Source: a virus. From it: 41,135 nt of DNA. The stretch lies in UHGV virus genome UHGV-0094207. One strand, written 5' to 3'. The notes beneath the pieces are model-generated. The model saw only the letters and a list, made by a program, of their open reading frames with translations. It ran no database searches and had not been told where the DNA came from. Shown here piece by piece: positions 1 to 9,141 of the stretch (the first letter of the stretch is position 1; every line of letters starts with the position of its first letter). A program made the position numbers and the translations under genes.

Positions 1-49
1 TACAGCGTGGTATTGCCCTCCACGCAGTTAACATGACGGGCGTTAGGGG

Positions 50-1363
50 TTAACTTACTGATTTTAATAATCCTCCCGTACTGCTCTCGTGGCTATGGGG
101 CATCAATGGGGCAAAATCTGCCAGCTTCTGATTGAGCATTGCGATCTGCTCTGCGCTGCTGTCAGCCATCCATGCACCGTAAACATTGAACACCATCTGC
201 GCGCTCGCATGCCCCATCTGACTGGCAATAAAACTCGGGTTTGCACCAGCAGATAATGACCAGCACGCATAAGTATGTCGTGACTGGTACGCCTTTCTGT
301 GTCTGATCCCCGCGCGCTTTAGTGCCGCTTCCCAGGAGTCGCCTACTGAATCGACCCGGTAGATAAATCCGACCTGCTTACTGCGTCTGACCACATGCGG
401 GTTAAAGACGAATGTACACTCATGGTTCACCGAACGGCCATACTCACGTAACTGAACTTCAATGTGATGTTGCCTGCCCAGCCTTGTCATTTCAGCCTGA
501 TTTTTCAGGATACTGATTGCGGGCTGGATAAGATGCACCACTCGATCTGTGCTTGCCTCGGTTTTCGGTAGAGTGAACTCACCAAGTTTCGTATAATTAC
601 GCCTGACGGTAATTGTTCCCGCCTTCAGATCGATATCTTCCCAGGCCAGGGAGACCAGTTCCCCGTGACGCATTCCTGTGTACACTGCTAATGACCACAG
701 GTTTTTAGTCTGCTGATGCCGGCATGCATCTATCAGGCGAATAAATTCATCACGAGAAAGAGGATCTGGTTCTGCCCTGGCTTTTTTCAGAGGCTTAATT
801 CCCTCGAATGGGTTCACCTCTAAGTAACCGTGATCCGCAGCAAACTGAAACATTCCGGCCATTGTCGTCATGTAATAGTTCACAGTAACAACGCTTCGCC
901 CTTTTGCCGGGAATTTGTTTTTCGTCGGATTCTGGTAACCAGTTAGCAAATCTTTCCTGAGATACAGCAATTCCTCTTTGGTTACTGCTGACACCAGGCG
1001 ATTACCTCCGAGCCTCGGCACCATATTCCTTGCGACAGACTCATAGCGATTGAATGCGTTCGCGCAGATTTCCATCCGTTTCAGATCCAGCCACTTTTCT
1101 TCAAGTTCTTTTACTGTAATGTCTTTTTTACTTACACCAAAAGCCTTGAGGTTAGGGGAGTCAGGAAACTGGGTTGCATAATCAAAGGTTCCTGTGCGGA
1201 TGGCAAAACATACTGATGTCCGCAGTTCCCCGGCTATCTTCCTGTTCTTAGAGGTGTCAGGGACACCGAGACTTTCCCTGACACGCTTACCTTTAAAATT
1301 AAACCAGATGCGTAATGTGCCACCGTGGTTTTCGACGCCTGTTGGATATGTGACTTTATCCAT
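50..1363 (-). CDS. int: Tyrosine-type phage integrase with N-terminal arm-binding domain
   Basis: 437 aa. N-terminal 'YPTGVENHGGTLRIWFNFKGKRVRESLG' arm-type domain; C-terminal region with 'TGMRHGEL', 'HTYA' and R/H/Y residues typical of tyrosine recombinases; sits at the prophage edge next to xis. Confidence 0.9.
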   Translation of the reverse strand: MDKVTYPTGVENHGGTLRIWFNFKGKRVRESLGVPDTSKNRKIAGELRTSVCFAIRTGTFDYATQFPDSPNLKAFGVSKKDITVKELEEKWLDLKRMEICANAFNRYESVARNMVPRLGGNRLVSAVTKEELLYLRKDLLTGYQNPTKNKFPAKGRSVVTVNYYMTTMAGMFQFAADHGYLEVNPFEGIKPLKKARAEPDPLSRDEFIRLIDACRHQQTKNLWSLAVYTGMRHGELVSLAWEDIDLKAGTITVRRNYTKLGEFTLPKTEASTDRVVHLIQPAISILKNQAEMTRLGRQHHIEVQLREYGRSVNHECTFVFNPHVVRRSKQVGFIYRVDSVGDSWEAALKRAGIRHRKAYQSRHTYACWSLSAGANPSFIASQMGHASAQMVFNVYGAWMADSSAEQIAMLNQKLADFAPLMPHSHESSTGGLLKSVS

Positions 1364-1421
1364 TGGTGTTACCTCCAGACGCCCAAGAGCGATACGAGCT
1401 TACCTTTTTCATGGCATCAAA

Positions 1422-1658
1422 TCACCCTGGCTGCTTGCTTTTCATTGAAGCGACCCAGGCATCTACAGCCTTTCTGTTATACATGCACTCACTGGAAGGT
1501 TTAGGATTCCCGTCAGGCGATACGTGGATATACTCCCTCCCGACCATCCAGCATTCTTTTCTTGCCCGTAGGATGGTACCGGGCTTGAGCCCGGTAACCG
1601 CGATAAGAACGCTTTCACAAACCCACTCGTTAGGGGCTAACTGGAAAATATTGCTCAT
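1422..1658 (-). CDS. xis: Excisionase-like small DNA-binding protein
   Basis: 78 aa, immediately upstream of int on the same strand; 'EW...TGLKPGTILRARKEC...GREY' resembles the winged-helix Xis architecture. Confidence 0.6.
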   Translation of the reverse strand: MSNIFQLAPNEWVCESVLIAVTGLKPGTILRARKECWMVGREYIHVSPDGNPKPSSECMYNRKAVDAWVASMKSKQPG

Positions 1659-1696
1659 GGTTATTTATCCATTACCCTGGCTGCACCCAGGGGAAA

Positions 1697-2269
1697 TTAA
1701 AGCTCGCTGCTGGTGGTCGGAATCAATTTCTGCCAGATCGCGGACACGTATTTTGCTTGATGTCGCGCATCGGACAGTGCGTTATGTGCAACCCCATCGA
1801 ATGGCATATCTCGCTTTGGATCGAAACCCACCACTCTGCCTAATGTGACGATGGTTCTGACGTCGTGATCGTTCCAAAATTGCCACGGGCAAACCTGGCC
1901 GGCGCGCTCATATGCGCCGCGCAATATAACGTTGTCGAAAGTAGCTCCATTGCCCCAAACTTTTAAATATTTTGGGTTATCAGAATGCCGATTAATGAAA
2001 TGGCTCAGTTCAGATAGGGCAGATGATATCGGCATCGCATCATCAACACAGATTGCTGAGCGTGCTTCTGAGCTTTGTCTTAACCACCACAGAATAGTGT
2101 CACCATCCGGCACCGCTCCCTGCTCCATAGCGCTTTCAAGGTTAACGGCGGTGTAAAACTCCTGACCCAGTTCACCGCTTTGCGGATCGAAAAACACGGC
2201 ACCAATGGAGACGATAGGGGCATTCGGTTTTTTGCCCATGGATTCGAGGTCGATCATTAAATTGTTCAC
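1697..2269 (-). CDS. DEDDh-type 3'-5' exonuclease (DnaQ-like)
   Basis: 190 aa. 'MIDLESMG' (Exo I D-x-E motif) and 'HNALSDARH' (Exo III H-x4-D motif). Confidence 0.65.
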   Translation of the reverse strand: MNNLMIDLESMGKKPNAPIVSIGAVFFDPQSGELGQEFYTAVNLESAMEQGAVPDGDTILWWLRQSSEARSAICVDDAMPISSALSELSHFINRHSDNPKYLKVWGNGATFDNVILRGAYERAGQVCPWQFWNDHDVRTIVTLGRVVGFDPKRDMPFDGVAHNALSDARHQAKYVSAIWQKLIPTTSSEL

Positions 2270-2270
2270 G

Positions 2271-2606
2271 TTAAATATTCTCCTGTTTTGGTGCTGCTTT
2301 AATCATTGCTGCCCAGCACAACTCAGCCCGGCGCGCTGCCTGTCGGCATCCACTCAATGCTTCGTATTCCTCCCACTCTTTTTCATCGCTGAAGTGTGGA
2401 TCTGGAACCGATTCGAAGCCGTTAATAATCATGTCCTCGGTCGGAACGATAGGCACCAGCACATAGCCATTCGGAATCACAGGAGAGTTGCCAGCTTTGC
2501 GGCGCTCACTATCCAGGTCTGTTTGCAACTGGATTACCCACCGGGCAAGCTCTCCTTTTTCACCACTTTCGCGCCGCATATCCTCCAAACGGTATTTATC
2601 AATCAT
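2271..2606 (-). CDS. Hypothetical early protein
   Basis: Start taken at the internal Met 'MIDKYRLEDM', which abuts the stop of the upstream gene; the longer ORF-track form (to 2732) overlaps that gene by about 130 nt. Confidence 0.4.
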   Translation of the reverse strand: MIDKYRLEDMRRESGEKGELARWVIQLQTDLDSERRKAGNSPVIPNGYVLVPIVPTEDMIINGFESVPDPHFSDEKEWEEYEALSGCRQAARRAELCWAAMIKAAPKQENI

Positions 2607-3144
2607 TACTGTTATCCTCGCAGCAGTAGTGCCGCCCCTCTGGGTCAGTAGATACATGCCCGCAGATATCGCATTCAATTCCCGGAAGCACTGATTCTGA
2701 CTGCTCTTTGATATGCAGTCGCGGTACACCATCTTTCGGCTCAGGCCATTCGCGCTGCTTGTTCATTGCCAGCTTTTCTACCATCGCCAGGGTAATCTGC
2801 TCATCAGTGATACCTGCACGACGTTGCGCATCCCATAACAGGAATTGGATGTCAGCCCATTCGCTAAGGTCGCCTGGATCCGCAGCAGCCTCGATCGCTT
2901 CTTTGGAAAGGTGCTTCAGCGAACCAACTGGACCGACATCGCCGAAAGTAGCCTGTGACCATACTGCATGCTCACGGCGTACCAGTTCGCGGACAATCAC
3001 TCCAGCAATCACCTTCACAGCATCAGCCATTGCGTAGCCGAGATTGCCGCCGTCGCTTTGTGCTGCTGCTTTGCTGAGTATTTCGCGTATCTGGTGCAGG
3101 CGATCGAGTGATACAGGACCGTGCGCCGGGTGGTTAGTTGTCAT
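2599..3144 (-). CDS. Hypothetical protein, possibly MazG/DUF550-like nucleotide pyrophosphohydrolase
   Basis: 181 aa; family assignment is from recollection of the DUF550 family only and is not verified. Confidence 0.35.
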   Translation of the reverse strand: MTTNHPAHGPVSLDRLHQIREILSKAAAQSDGGNLGYAMADAVKVIAGVIVRELVRREHAVWSQATFGDVGPVGSLKHLSKEAIEAAADPGDLSEWADIQFLLWDAQRRAGITDEQITLAMVEKLAMNKQREWPEPKDGVPRLHIKEQSESVLPGIECDICGHVSTDPEGRHYCCEDNSND

Positions 3145-3434
3145 GGTGTGCTCCAGTTATCTTCAATCGCCACGCCAAGTCGGTGTAGCCAGTCGGCCAG
3201 CTTCAGCATCGCTTCTCGTTCGCTTAATCTTTCTGGAAAGTCGGTAAGCTCGACCATCGGTTTAAACCGACCAAACGCATCGTTCTCAACAACAAGTTTT
3301 TGCTCAAGCGTGGTCTGCTTAACTTTGCTGTGATGCCGTAGCAGGTAAACTGACTTTGATTTTTTGGTTTCTGGGTCGTATTCGTAGGCAGTGAGTATCA
3401 TCTGGCTACCGCCGCGATTCGTTCCTCGCCACAT
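3141..3434 (-). CDS. Hypothetical early protein
   Basis: 97-aa ORF tightly packed in the minus-strand operon (4-nt overlap with the downstream gene). Confidence 0.35.
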   Translation of the reverse strand: MWRGTNRGGSQMILTAYEYDPETKKSKSVYLLRHHSKVKQTTLEQKLVVENDAFGRFKPMVELTDFPERLSEREAMLKLADWLHRLGVAIEDNWSTP

Positions 3435-3437
3435 ATC

Positions 3438-3896
3438 TCACTCCCCCTTCACGCCAATGCCAGCGGCGCGGTCAATGCGTTCAATTTCTGCCAGAATAAG
3501 AGCGCCAGCTTTTACCAGGTCGCGGCGTGCTCCTGATTGCTTCCACCAGTCAGGCGACCACGGCCAATGCGCTGGAGTGGAGAAACCTTGGTTGTGCGCA
3601 TGAATTGCGTAACAAGCCGCTGCATCTGCTAATTCGCTATTTTGATATGCGTTGTCATGTTCAGGAGTCCATCCTTCAACCGATTGTTGCCGCTGGCGTT
3701 CGGCTACCACATCCAGAATTGCGGGATTGAATGCGCGCGCCTCCAGTTCTGCTATGCGCTTCTCTGCGGCATCCAGTGCGCCAGTAATCACCTCAAACTC
3801 ATCCAAGCGAATGATTGGCGCGTAAACATCACCAGAGCCGCGCTTCAGTCTGATATCTGAAATAATCGCCTGAGCCTGCTTGTTGAGTGCTGTCAT
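3438..3896 (-). CDS. Hypothetical early protein
   Basis: 152-aa ORF in the operon; 4-nt overlap with the upstream gene. Confidence 0.4.
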   Translation of the reverse strand: MTALNKQAQAIISDIRLKRGSGDVYAPIIRLDEFEVITGALDAAEKRIAELEARAFNPAILDVVAERQRQQSVEGWTPEHDNAYQNSELADAAACYAIHAHNQGFSTPAHWPWSPDWWKQSGARRDLVKAGALILAEIERIDRAAGIGVKGE

Positions 3897-4468
3897 TGGG
3901 CTGCCTCCTGGCGAAGAATTTCAGCAAAGACTTTCAACTCGTAGATATCCCTGCGAATAGAATCCCGAACTGCACCAATAGCAAAAGTGTCAGGGTGCAT
4001 GCCGTCTAATTGCTGCTGTTTAACCTCAATCATGCGCTCCACACCCTGAGCCTGCACTTCAGCCTGGAAAGCTTGATATGCTGGAATCTGCAACACAGCC
4101 AGTGAGCGAATCATCTTCTGAACTTCTGACGGGCACTGTTCGTAATGGTCGTCGGTGATGAATACCGCCTCGTTGTGAATTTTGTCCACAGCGCTTAATT
4201 CCGCCGCCAGCTTCCTACACTTGCTCTCGGCGTTAGCGAGCTGTACTGCCATGTCTGTGAGCTTCAGTTCAAGATTGTGAATAGTCGCGTCTGCTGCCCG
4301 GAACTCGCGCTGGGATTCCGTTAAATTTGAGCATGCGTTCTGAATTGAGTAGGCAAAAATGGCAGTATCACGATCATCTGATTCTTCAGCTTTAACCTGC
4401 AACTGAACCGCCAGGCTGAAGAGATCAGCAATTTGATTTTCTGTCATACGGTTATTGATAGTTTGCAT
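3893..4468 (-). CDS. Hypothetical coiled-coil protein
   Basis: Start chosen at 'MQTINN' (AGGT about 9 nt upstream); the longest ORF-track form (to 4549) overlaps the ParB-like gene by about 100 nt. Confidence 0.4.
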   Translation of the reverse strand: MQTINNRMTENQIADLFSLAVQLQVKAEESDDRDTAIFAYSIQNACSNLTESQREFRAADATIHNLELKLTDMAVQLANAESKCRKLAAELSAVDKIHNEAVFITDDHYEQCPSEVQKMIRSLAVLQIPAYQAFQAEVQAQGVERMIEVKQQQLDGMHPDTFAIGAVRDSIRRDIYELKVFAEILRQEAAQ

Positions 4469-5492
4469 TGGTATGTACCTGCTGAAGTTTGTGTTGTTTA
4501 ACGAAGTGGGCCACTGCTTTTGACTGGCTGGCGATAATTTTTCTGTCACCTAGGTCGAGCGTGACGTTCTTACCGCGATAAATTATTGCCGAGCCGATTT
4601 CCTTACCGTCCAGCTTCACATACAGCAATTTCCCGATAATCTCTGTCGTAGGGATTGGCTGTGAAAGGCGATAGGTTTCGCGAGCTTCAGCAATGGTTTT
4701 ATGTTCGTCGATTATCGACAGGGCTTCAGCCAGTGCAGTGCCTTGCAAAGTGAACACGCCTTCATCGCTGATTGTCGCCATGGCCATCAGTTCGACGAAG
4801 CGGCGAGCACTTTTAATGTTGAGTTCAGGAGCGATAGAACTGCGCGTAACCTTTGTTTTCCCCTGGGCGGCGGCTACGGCTTTATCGTGCTGGAGAACTT
4901 CACCAGCCTGTTCACCAAACTCGCGAACGCGGTCAACAGCAACATCAACAGACACGGCACCAGATTTAACTTCCTGCTGAACGTCATAATTAGCGGTACT
5001 CAGAGTGAGCAACTTCTCAACGGTCGCTACAGACTTATTGACCAGCTTTGCAATCTCGCTGGTGGTCTGATTGAAAGCGTTATGAAGCTCCTGAATAACA
5101 GCAGCCTGTTCAATATCGGAAAGGGGGAGTTGGTTATTACTGGTCATGATGCGAGCCAGACGCTGCACATCGTTACCGTTAAACGGCATGATATGAATAC
5201 GGTCTACTGGCTTACCAGCTTCAGCACAACGCGCATAGCAACGGCGACGGCGGTGGCCTTCAACAACCCACACCCCACCTTCATCACGTGCGATAACCTC
5301 CAGCGGAGGAACGGTGCCACCGTTCATCAGATAGTTAAACAGGTCATCATCTGCCTGGCGAGTGCGTTCGTCGTCTTCACGCTTGTTGAAACCTTCACGC
5401 ACGTAGATATGTTCAAGGCTGATAAACATCCCGGTATCGGTGCGCTTGATGGTCCCATCACGTGACATTTGTTTGAATGAGTTAGCGGCCAT
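4452..5492 (-). CDS. ParB N-terminal-domain (ParB/Srx-like nuclease) protein with HTH
   Basis: 346 aa. 'VVEGHRRRR' arginine-rich ParB-type motif followed by an HTH-like segment 'LPLSDIEQAAVIQELHNAFNQTTSEIAKLVNKSVATVEKLL'; no ParA partner is present. Confidence 0.6.
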   Translation of the reverse strand: MAANSFKQMSRDGTIKRTDTGMFISLEHIYVREGFNKREDDERTRQADDDLFNYLMNGGTVPPLEVIARDEGGVWVVEGHRRRRCYARCAEAGKPVDRIHIMPFNGNDVQRLARIMTSNNQLPLSDIEQAAVIQELHNAFNQTTSEIAKLVNKSVATVEKLLTLSTANYDVQQEVKSGAVSVDVAVDRVREFGEQAGEVLQHDKAVAAAQGKTKVTRSSIAPELNIKSARRFVELMAMATISDEGVFTLQGTALAEALSIIDEHKTIAEARETYRLSQPIPTTEIIGKLLYVKLDGKEIGSAIIYRGKNVTLDLGDRKIIASQSKAVAHFVKQHKLQQVHTNANYQ

Positions 5493-6007
5493 TACGCAGT
5501 ACCTTCACGAAGTTGGTTAGCGAATAACAGAGCCTGATTACCAGCGTAAACAATGCTTTCTTCTTGCTCTTCTTTCCCTATGGTAATAGTGACATTTGCG
5601 TACTTTTCCACGCCAGTGGCTTGGATATCGCGAATAACTTGATCAGTTACTGGAGTTAACTCGCGTAATTCTCTCTGCGCCTCCAACATGTGCATATTGG
5701 TCGGCGATTTGGTATGACGTTCAACGATGCGGTCGCACTCTTTGGCCCAACAATTAACATCGTCGCGTAAAACGGTGTTCTCTATGGCCAGTGCTTTACG
5801 CTGTTCCATTGACTCGCACAGCGCGACACCCTGAACATCGTAGCGGTTCGCCAGTTCATTCATCAGCCACTGGGAAGCAGGTGGCAGGAGAGGGGCAGCT
5901 TTACGGGCTGCATCGATCAGTTGTTCTCTGGTCATACGTGGTTGTAACTCAGTGACGTTCTGTGTGGTCGTCATGGTTAGTTTCTCCGTGTTATATGCGC
6001 CCTGCAC
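5492..6007 (-). CDS. Hypothetical early protein
   Basis: 171-aa ORF in the operon; start uncertain (internal 'MTTTQN' is an alternative). Confidence 0.4.
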   Translation of the reverse strand: MQGAYNTEKLTMTTTQNVTELQPRMTREQLIDAARKAAPLLPPASQWLMNELANRYDVQGVALCESMEQRKALAIENTVLRDDVNCWAKECDRIVERHTKSPTNMHMLEAQRELRELTPVTDQVIRDIQATGVEKYANVTITIGKEEQEESIVYAGNQALLFANQLREGTA

Positions 6008-6033
6008 GGCGCTGAATTCTTTGGCCTTGATAC

Positions 6034-6291
6034 TTAAAAGAGGCCACCTTGGTCTTTAGGTTGGACACGTTTTCTTTTTGTGACTTCGGACTTTGAAACC
6101 TGCTTATCTGCCCAGGCTTTTGCGTGCCTCATCACATCGTCAAAAATCGCGCCTTTTTTACTGGCTTGTGACATACGCTTATATAAATCAAGTGCTTGCC
6201 ATGCCCCCCCCCCCTGAGCCACTGAAGAGGAAAAACCTTGTTTAATAAGGATTTCCCTTACGTTCTTCTCAATAAATTCGAGGTGGTTCAT
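6034..6291 (-). CDS. Hypothetical protein; first gene of the early-left operon; contains a G11 homopolymer
   Basis: Start placed at 'MNHLEF' because a GGAGG sits 5 nt upstream; the ORF track extends it to 6345. A run of 11 C on the plus strand (6204-6214) encodes 'QGGGA'. Confidence 0.45.
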   Translation of the reverse strand: MNHLEFIEKNVREILIKQGFSSSVAQGGGAWQALDLYKRMSQASKKGAIFDDVMRHAKAWADKQVSKSEVTKRKRVQPKDQGGLF

Positions 6292-6521
6292 TAGTCCTCC
6301 AGTGGAAAAATCCGCTGAATTTTGGTTGCACGAATCCCTCGCCAAAAGGCGAATAAAAGTTTGGGTTTCGTTTCAGTAAATGCCCCATGAAGAGGCACTT
6401 AGTGAAACGGGCGACTGCAATCGCCGGTTAGTTTCTCCACTCAATTGAAAGCGCGTTCCGCTGGTTTTGGATTTAACGAACTGGCACTTAATGACAAGTT
6501 ACAGAACGCGCTTTCAGTTGA

Positions 6522-6569
6522 GTAAAAAGGGCGGTACCAGGGACTTCAAAGGTTGGTACTGGTACCGCC
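6522..6569 (-). terminator. Candidate rho-independent terminator downstream of the tRNA
   Basis: Inverted repeat ggcggtaccag / ctggtaccgcc (11-bp stem, 18-nt loop) followed on the minus strand by CUUUUUAC. Confidence 0.5.
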
Positions 6570-6621
6570 AAGACTCCACACAGCTTTCTTACTTCCTGGT
6601 ACCACGCTGGCTACGTGATTC

Positions 6622-6699
<78 letters not shown>

Positions 6700-7540
6700 A
6701 CTGGAAGCGCACTCCACCTGTTTCACACCTGTCACCCATAACTGGTAAGTAAAGGAGTGCGCTTTCATGTTGTGTTCGCGGGGTCTACTTCCCTCCTGTC
6801 ACGGTTCTTTCCCCGCGTCATCATGTGTTCATTCGGTACATGAAACCCATTTGTCAGGATTCCACCGGCTCCCATCAGTTTTTAAAGACACTCAGATATC
6901 GTCTGGTCTGTGCCGTCTCTTCCGGCTGTCATCCGGGTTGAACTCGCCCTGAACGAGATTGAAGGGTTATAGCCCCTTACGGCATTCACGCCCTCTCACG
7001 TGTGTCGCGTATGCCACGCCAGCGCTAACGAGTTTTAACGACCTTTGCCGTTTGCATCATCTTGTCGCCGCTGTTATCGGTGCGGAACCGCCACTGTCCA
7101 GGACATTTAAAAGGACCGTCTCCAAGTGGTAACTCTTCCAGTCCCGGTAAGCACTCTGCGAAATACTTACCGTGACCGGCTGTTATTCCCTGAAAAAGGC
7201 TGGCGGTTACCGGACAAACGGGAAAACATCGGGCCGCCAGAACAGGGAGTTACTTGTTATTGCTTTGGCCTGCTTTTAACCACATCAGGCGCGGTGGTAG
7301 GTATCTTCGGGCGGGGTGCTAAGGGGGTGATTAGCCCTTGCCCTTAACACTCCTGCTGGTTTTGGTATTCCTGGCTTGGGTATCGCCACCAGCTATAGGA
7401 ATTTGACTACGAGTTGGGGTTAATCAGACCGCGTCTCTGTTACCCCTCCCGAAGACACCTGTCAGCGAATCATCCGGTTATTCATACGCCACCGGCGGCT
7501 ACTTCGTGGGCGTCCTGCCTGTTCGCTGCTGATGAATGGA

Positions 7541-7569
7541 ATCTAACTTAACTTAGCTTTTAGATCAAG
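7541..7569 (-). promoter_or_regulatory. Candidate pL promoter downstream of cI
   Basis: On the minus strand: TTGATC, 17-nt spacer, TAGATT; the spacer contains a CTTAG motif like those in the oR region. Confidence 0.35.
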
Positions 7570-7622
7570 AAAAAACACCAAACTATTCTTAGCTTGATGT
7601 TAAGAGGAAGGTTAGAGGTAGG

Positions 7623-8249
7623 TTAAAGCTCGTACTGAACGCCTTTGACAACTCCAATGATCAGGCAATTACCGTTTATTGAAATGTTTGGATAGCGTGG
7701 ATTTAAGGGAACCAAGAACTTTTGAGGCCCATCGATGACGAGTTTTTTTACAGTAGCCTCGTTTGTCCCATCAAGTCTGGCTACGACTATCTTTCCATTA
7801 AGTGGCTCTGCATCAGGGTCCACTATGACTGTTGCCCCTTCAGGGATTGTCGGAAGACCATTAGGGTTTGTCATCGAATCACCTTTGACCTCCAATGCAA
7901 ATGAGCTATCACCTATCCTGAGTGATGTTTCTACCCACTTATCTACTTCACTGAAAACTTCTGCTGCTTTACATTCTGTAAACTGTCCAGCCTGAACCCA
8001 AGATATCACCGGAATCCTTCGCATCTTGGTTATCAGATTTCCTTCGAATTCAGTGCCATAGAGTATGTAATCAATTGATGTGTTGAAATACTTTGCAAGT
8101 TTCGAAAGTGACTCACCGCCTGGCACATTAATGTCTTTTTCCCAATACCCAACCGCCACATCGCTAACACCACAGAACTTACCCAGTTCTTTCTGCGAAG
8201 TTTTGGTTACGCGCCTGAGAGCTTTGATGCGCTGACCGACAGTTTCCAT
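7623..8249 (-). CDS. cI: CI-like prophage repressor (HTH plus S24 LexA-like peptidase)
   Basis: 208 aa. N-terminal HTH 'QKELGKFCGVSDVAVGYWEK'; Ala-Gly cleavage site in 'WVQAGQF'; catalytic 'KGDSM' and 'VKKL'. Confidence 0.85.
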   Translation of the reverse strand: METVGQRIKALRRVTKTSQKELGKFCGVSDVAVGYWEKDINVPGGESLSKLAKYFNTSIDYILYGTEFEGNLITKMRRIPVISWVQAGQFTECKAAEVFSEVDKWVETSLRIGDSSFALEVKGDSMTNPNGLPTIPEGATVIVDPDAEPLNGKIVVARLDGTNEATVKKLVIDGPQKFLVPLNPRYPNISINGNCLIIGVVKGVQYEL

Positions 8250-8275
8250 TTGAACACCATAAAAAAATTAAAAGG

Positions 8276-8343
8276 CTAAGCAATCTTAGTTTTTATTGAC
8301 CAAAGTTAGATTGGTTATTAATATCTAATCAAACTTAGCTAAG
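8276..8343. promoter_or_regulatory. oR/pR region: three CTTAG-type palindromes and a sigma70-like pR
   Basis: Palindromes ctaagcaatcttag (8276-8289), ttagat-N11-atctaa (8306-8328) and cttagctaag (8334-8343). pR: TTGACC (8296-8301), 17-nt spacer, TAATAT (8319-8324), upstream of cro. Confidence 0.5.
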
Positions 8344-8351
8344 GGGGCATT

Positions 8352-8579
8352 ATGACAACCGATGACATTGAAAACTACTTCGGCAGTACTGAGAAAGTTG
8401 CCGAATTTTTTGGAATCACAAGCGAGGCCGTTTACCAGTGGCGTAATAGAACTGGTCGCCTAATCCCGAAAGGACGTGCAGCAGAAGCAGCCTATCGGAC
8501 TGGGGGAAAATTGGTTTTCCATCCCGACCTTTACGAAAAGCGTAGCGAAGCTTCAGTAAAACTCAAACCACAGGAATAA
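8352..8579 (+). CDS. cro: Cro-like HTH regulator
   Basis: 75 aa, divergent from cI across the operator region; HTH-like 'EKVAEFFGITSEAVYQWR'. Confidence 0.65.
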   Translation: MTTDDIENYFGSTEKVAEFFGITSEAVYQWRNRTGRLIPKGRAAEAAYRTGGKLVFHPDLYEKRSEASVKLKPQE

Positions 8580-8589
8580 GGGGGGAACC

Positions 8590-9141
8590 GTGGGTAACGA
8601 ACCTATTTGGAAAGTCGAACGTCAGCCTTCCTGGCTGGTGGTAGCGATTAAAAAAACCATTACCGATCTGCCAGGTGGATATGCTGAGGCGGCGGAATGG
8701 TTGGGAGTGACAGAGAACGCATTGTTTAACCGCCTTCGTGTTGACGGTGACCAGATCTTCCCGCTGGGCTGGGCAATGGTTTTACAACGTGCTGGTGGTT
8801 CAACTCATATCGCTGATGCCGTTGCGCGCCATTCTCAGGGCGTATTTGTACCGCTGGCAGATGTTGATGATCTGGATAACGCCGATATCAACCAGCGCTT
8901 GATGGAATCAATCGAATGGATAGGCCGTCATTCTAATTTTGTACGTAAAGCCACGGCTGATGGGGTGATTGACGCAGAGGAGCGCGCTCAGATTGAGGAA
9001 AACAGCTATCAGGTTATCGCGAAGTTCCAGGAGCACGTAGCGCTTCTTTATAGAGTTTTTTGTGTCGCTGAAAAGAGTGACGCCCGCGAGTGTGCAGCTC
9101 CGGGCGCCATGGCGAACAACTCTTCGAGTATGGAGAAATAA
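8590..9141 (+). CDS. CII-like phage regulatory protein
   Basis: 183 aa directly after cro; 'DLPGGYAEAAEWLGVTENALFNRL' HTH-like segment; family assignment from recollection only. Confidence 0.45.
   Translation: MGNEPIWKVERQPSWLVVAIKKTITDLPGGYAEAAEWLGVTENALFNRLRVDGDQIFPLGWAMVLQRAGGSTHIADAVARHSQGVFVPLADVDDLDNADINQRLMESIEWIGRHSNFVRKATADGVIDAEERAQIEENSYQVIAKFQEHVALLYRVFCVAEKSDARECAAPGAMANNSSSMEK

Noticed and set aside
4701-5465. 254-aa plus-strand ORF antisense to the ParB-like gene
   Set aside because: Fully overlaps a gene with clear domain motifs on the other strand and has no RBS or recognisable features.
6034-6345. The 103-aa protein as a lambda N-like antiterminator
   Set aside because: It occupies the N position, but the N-terminus lacks an arginine-rich motif and no nut boxA/boxB could be recognised; kept as hypothetical.
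6767-7347. Short ORFs (61 and 73 aa) in the non-coding region between the tRNA and cI
   Set aside because: No RBS, odd composition and no protein-like features; the region is treated as non-coding or RNA-like.
7623-8249. RexAB-like exclusion genes next to cI
   Set aside because: No ORFs of appropriate size or membrane character flank cI; the adjacent 0.9 kb appears non-coding.
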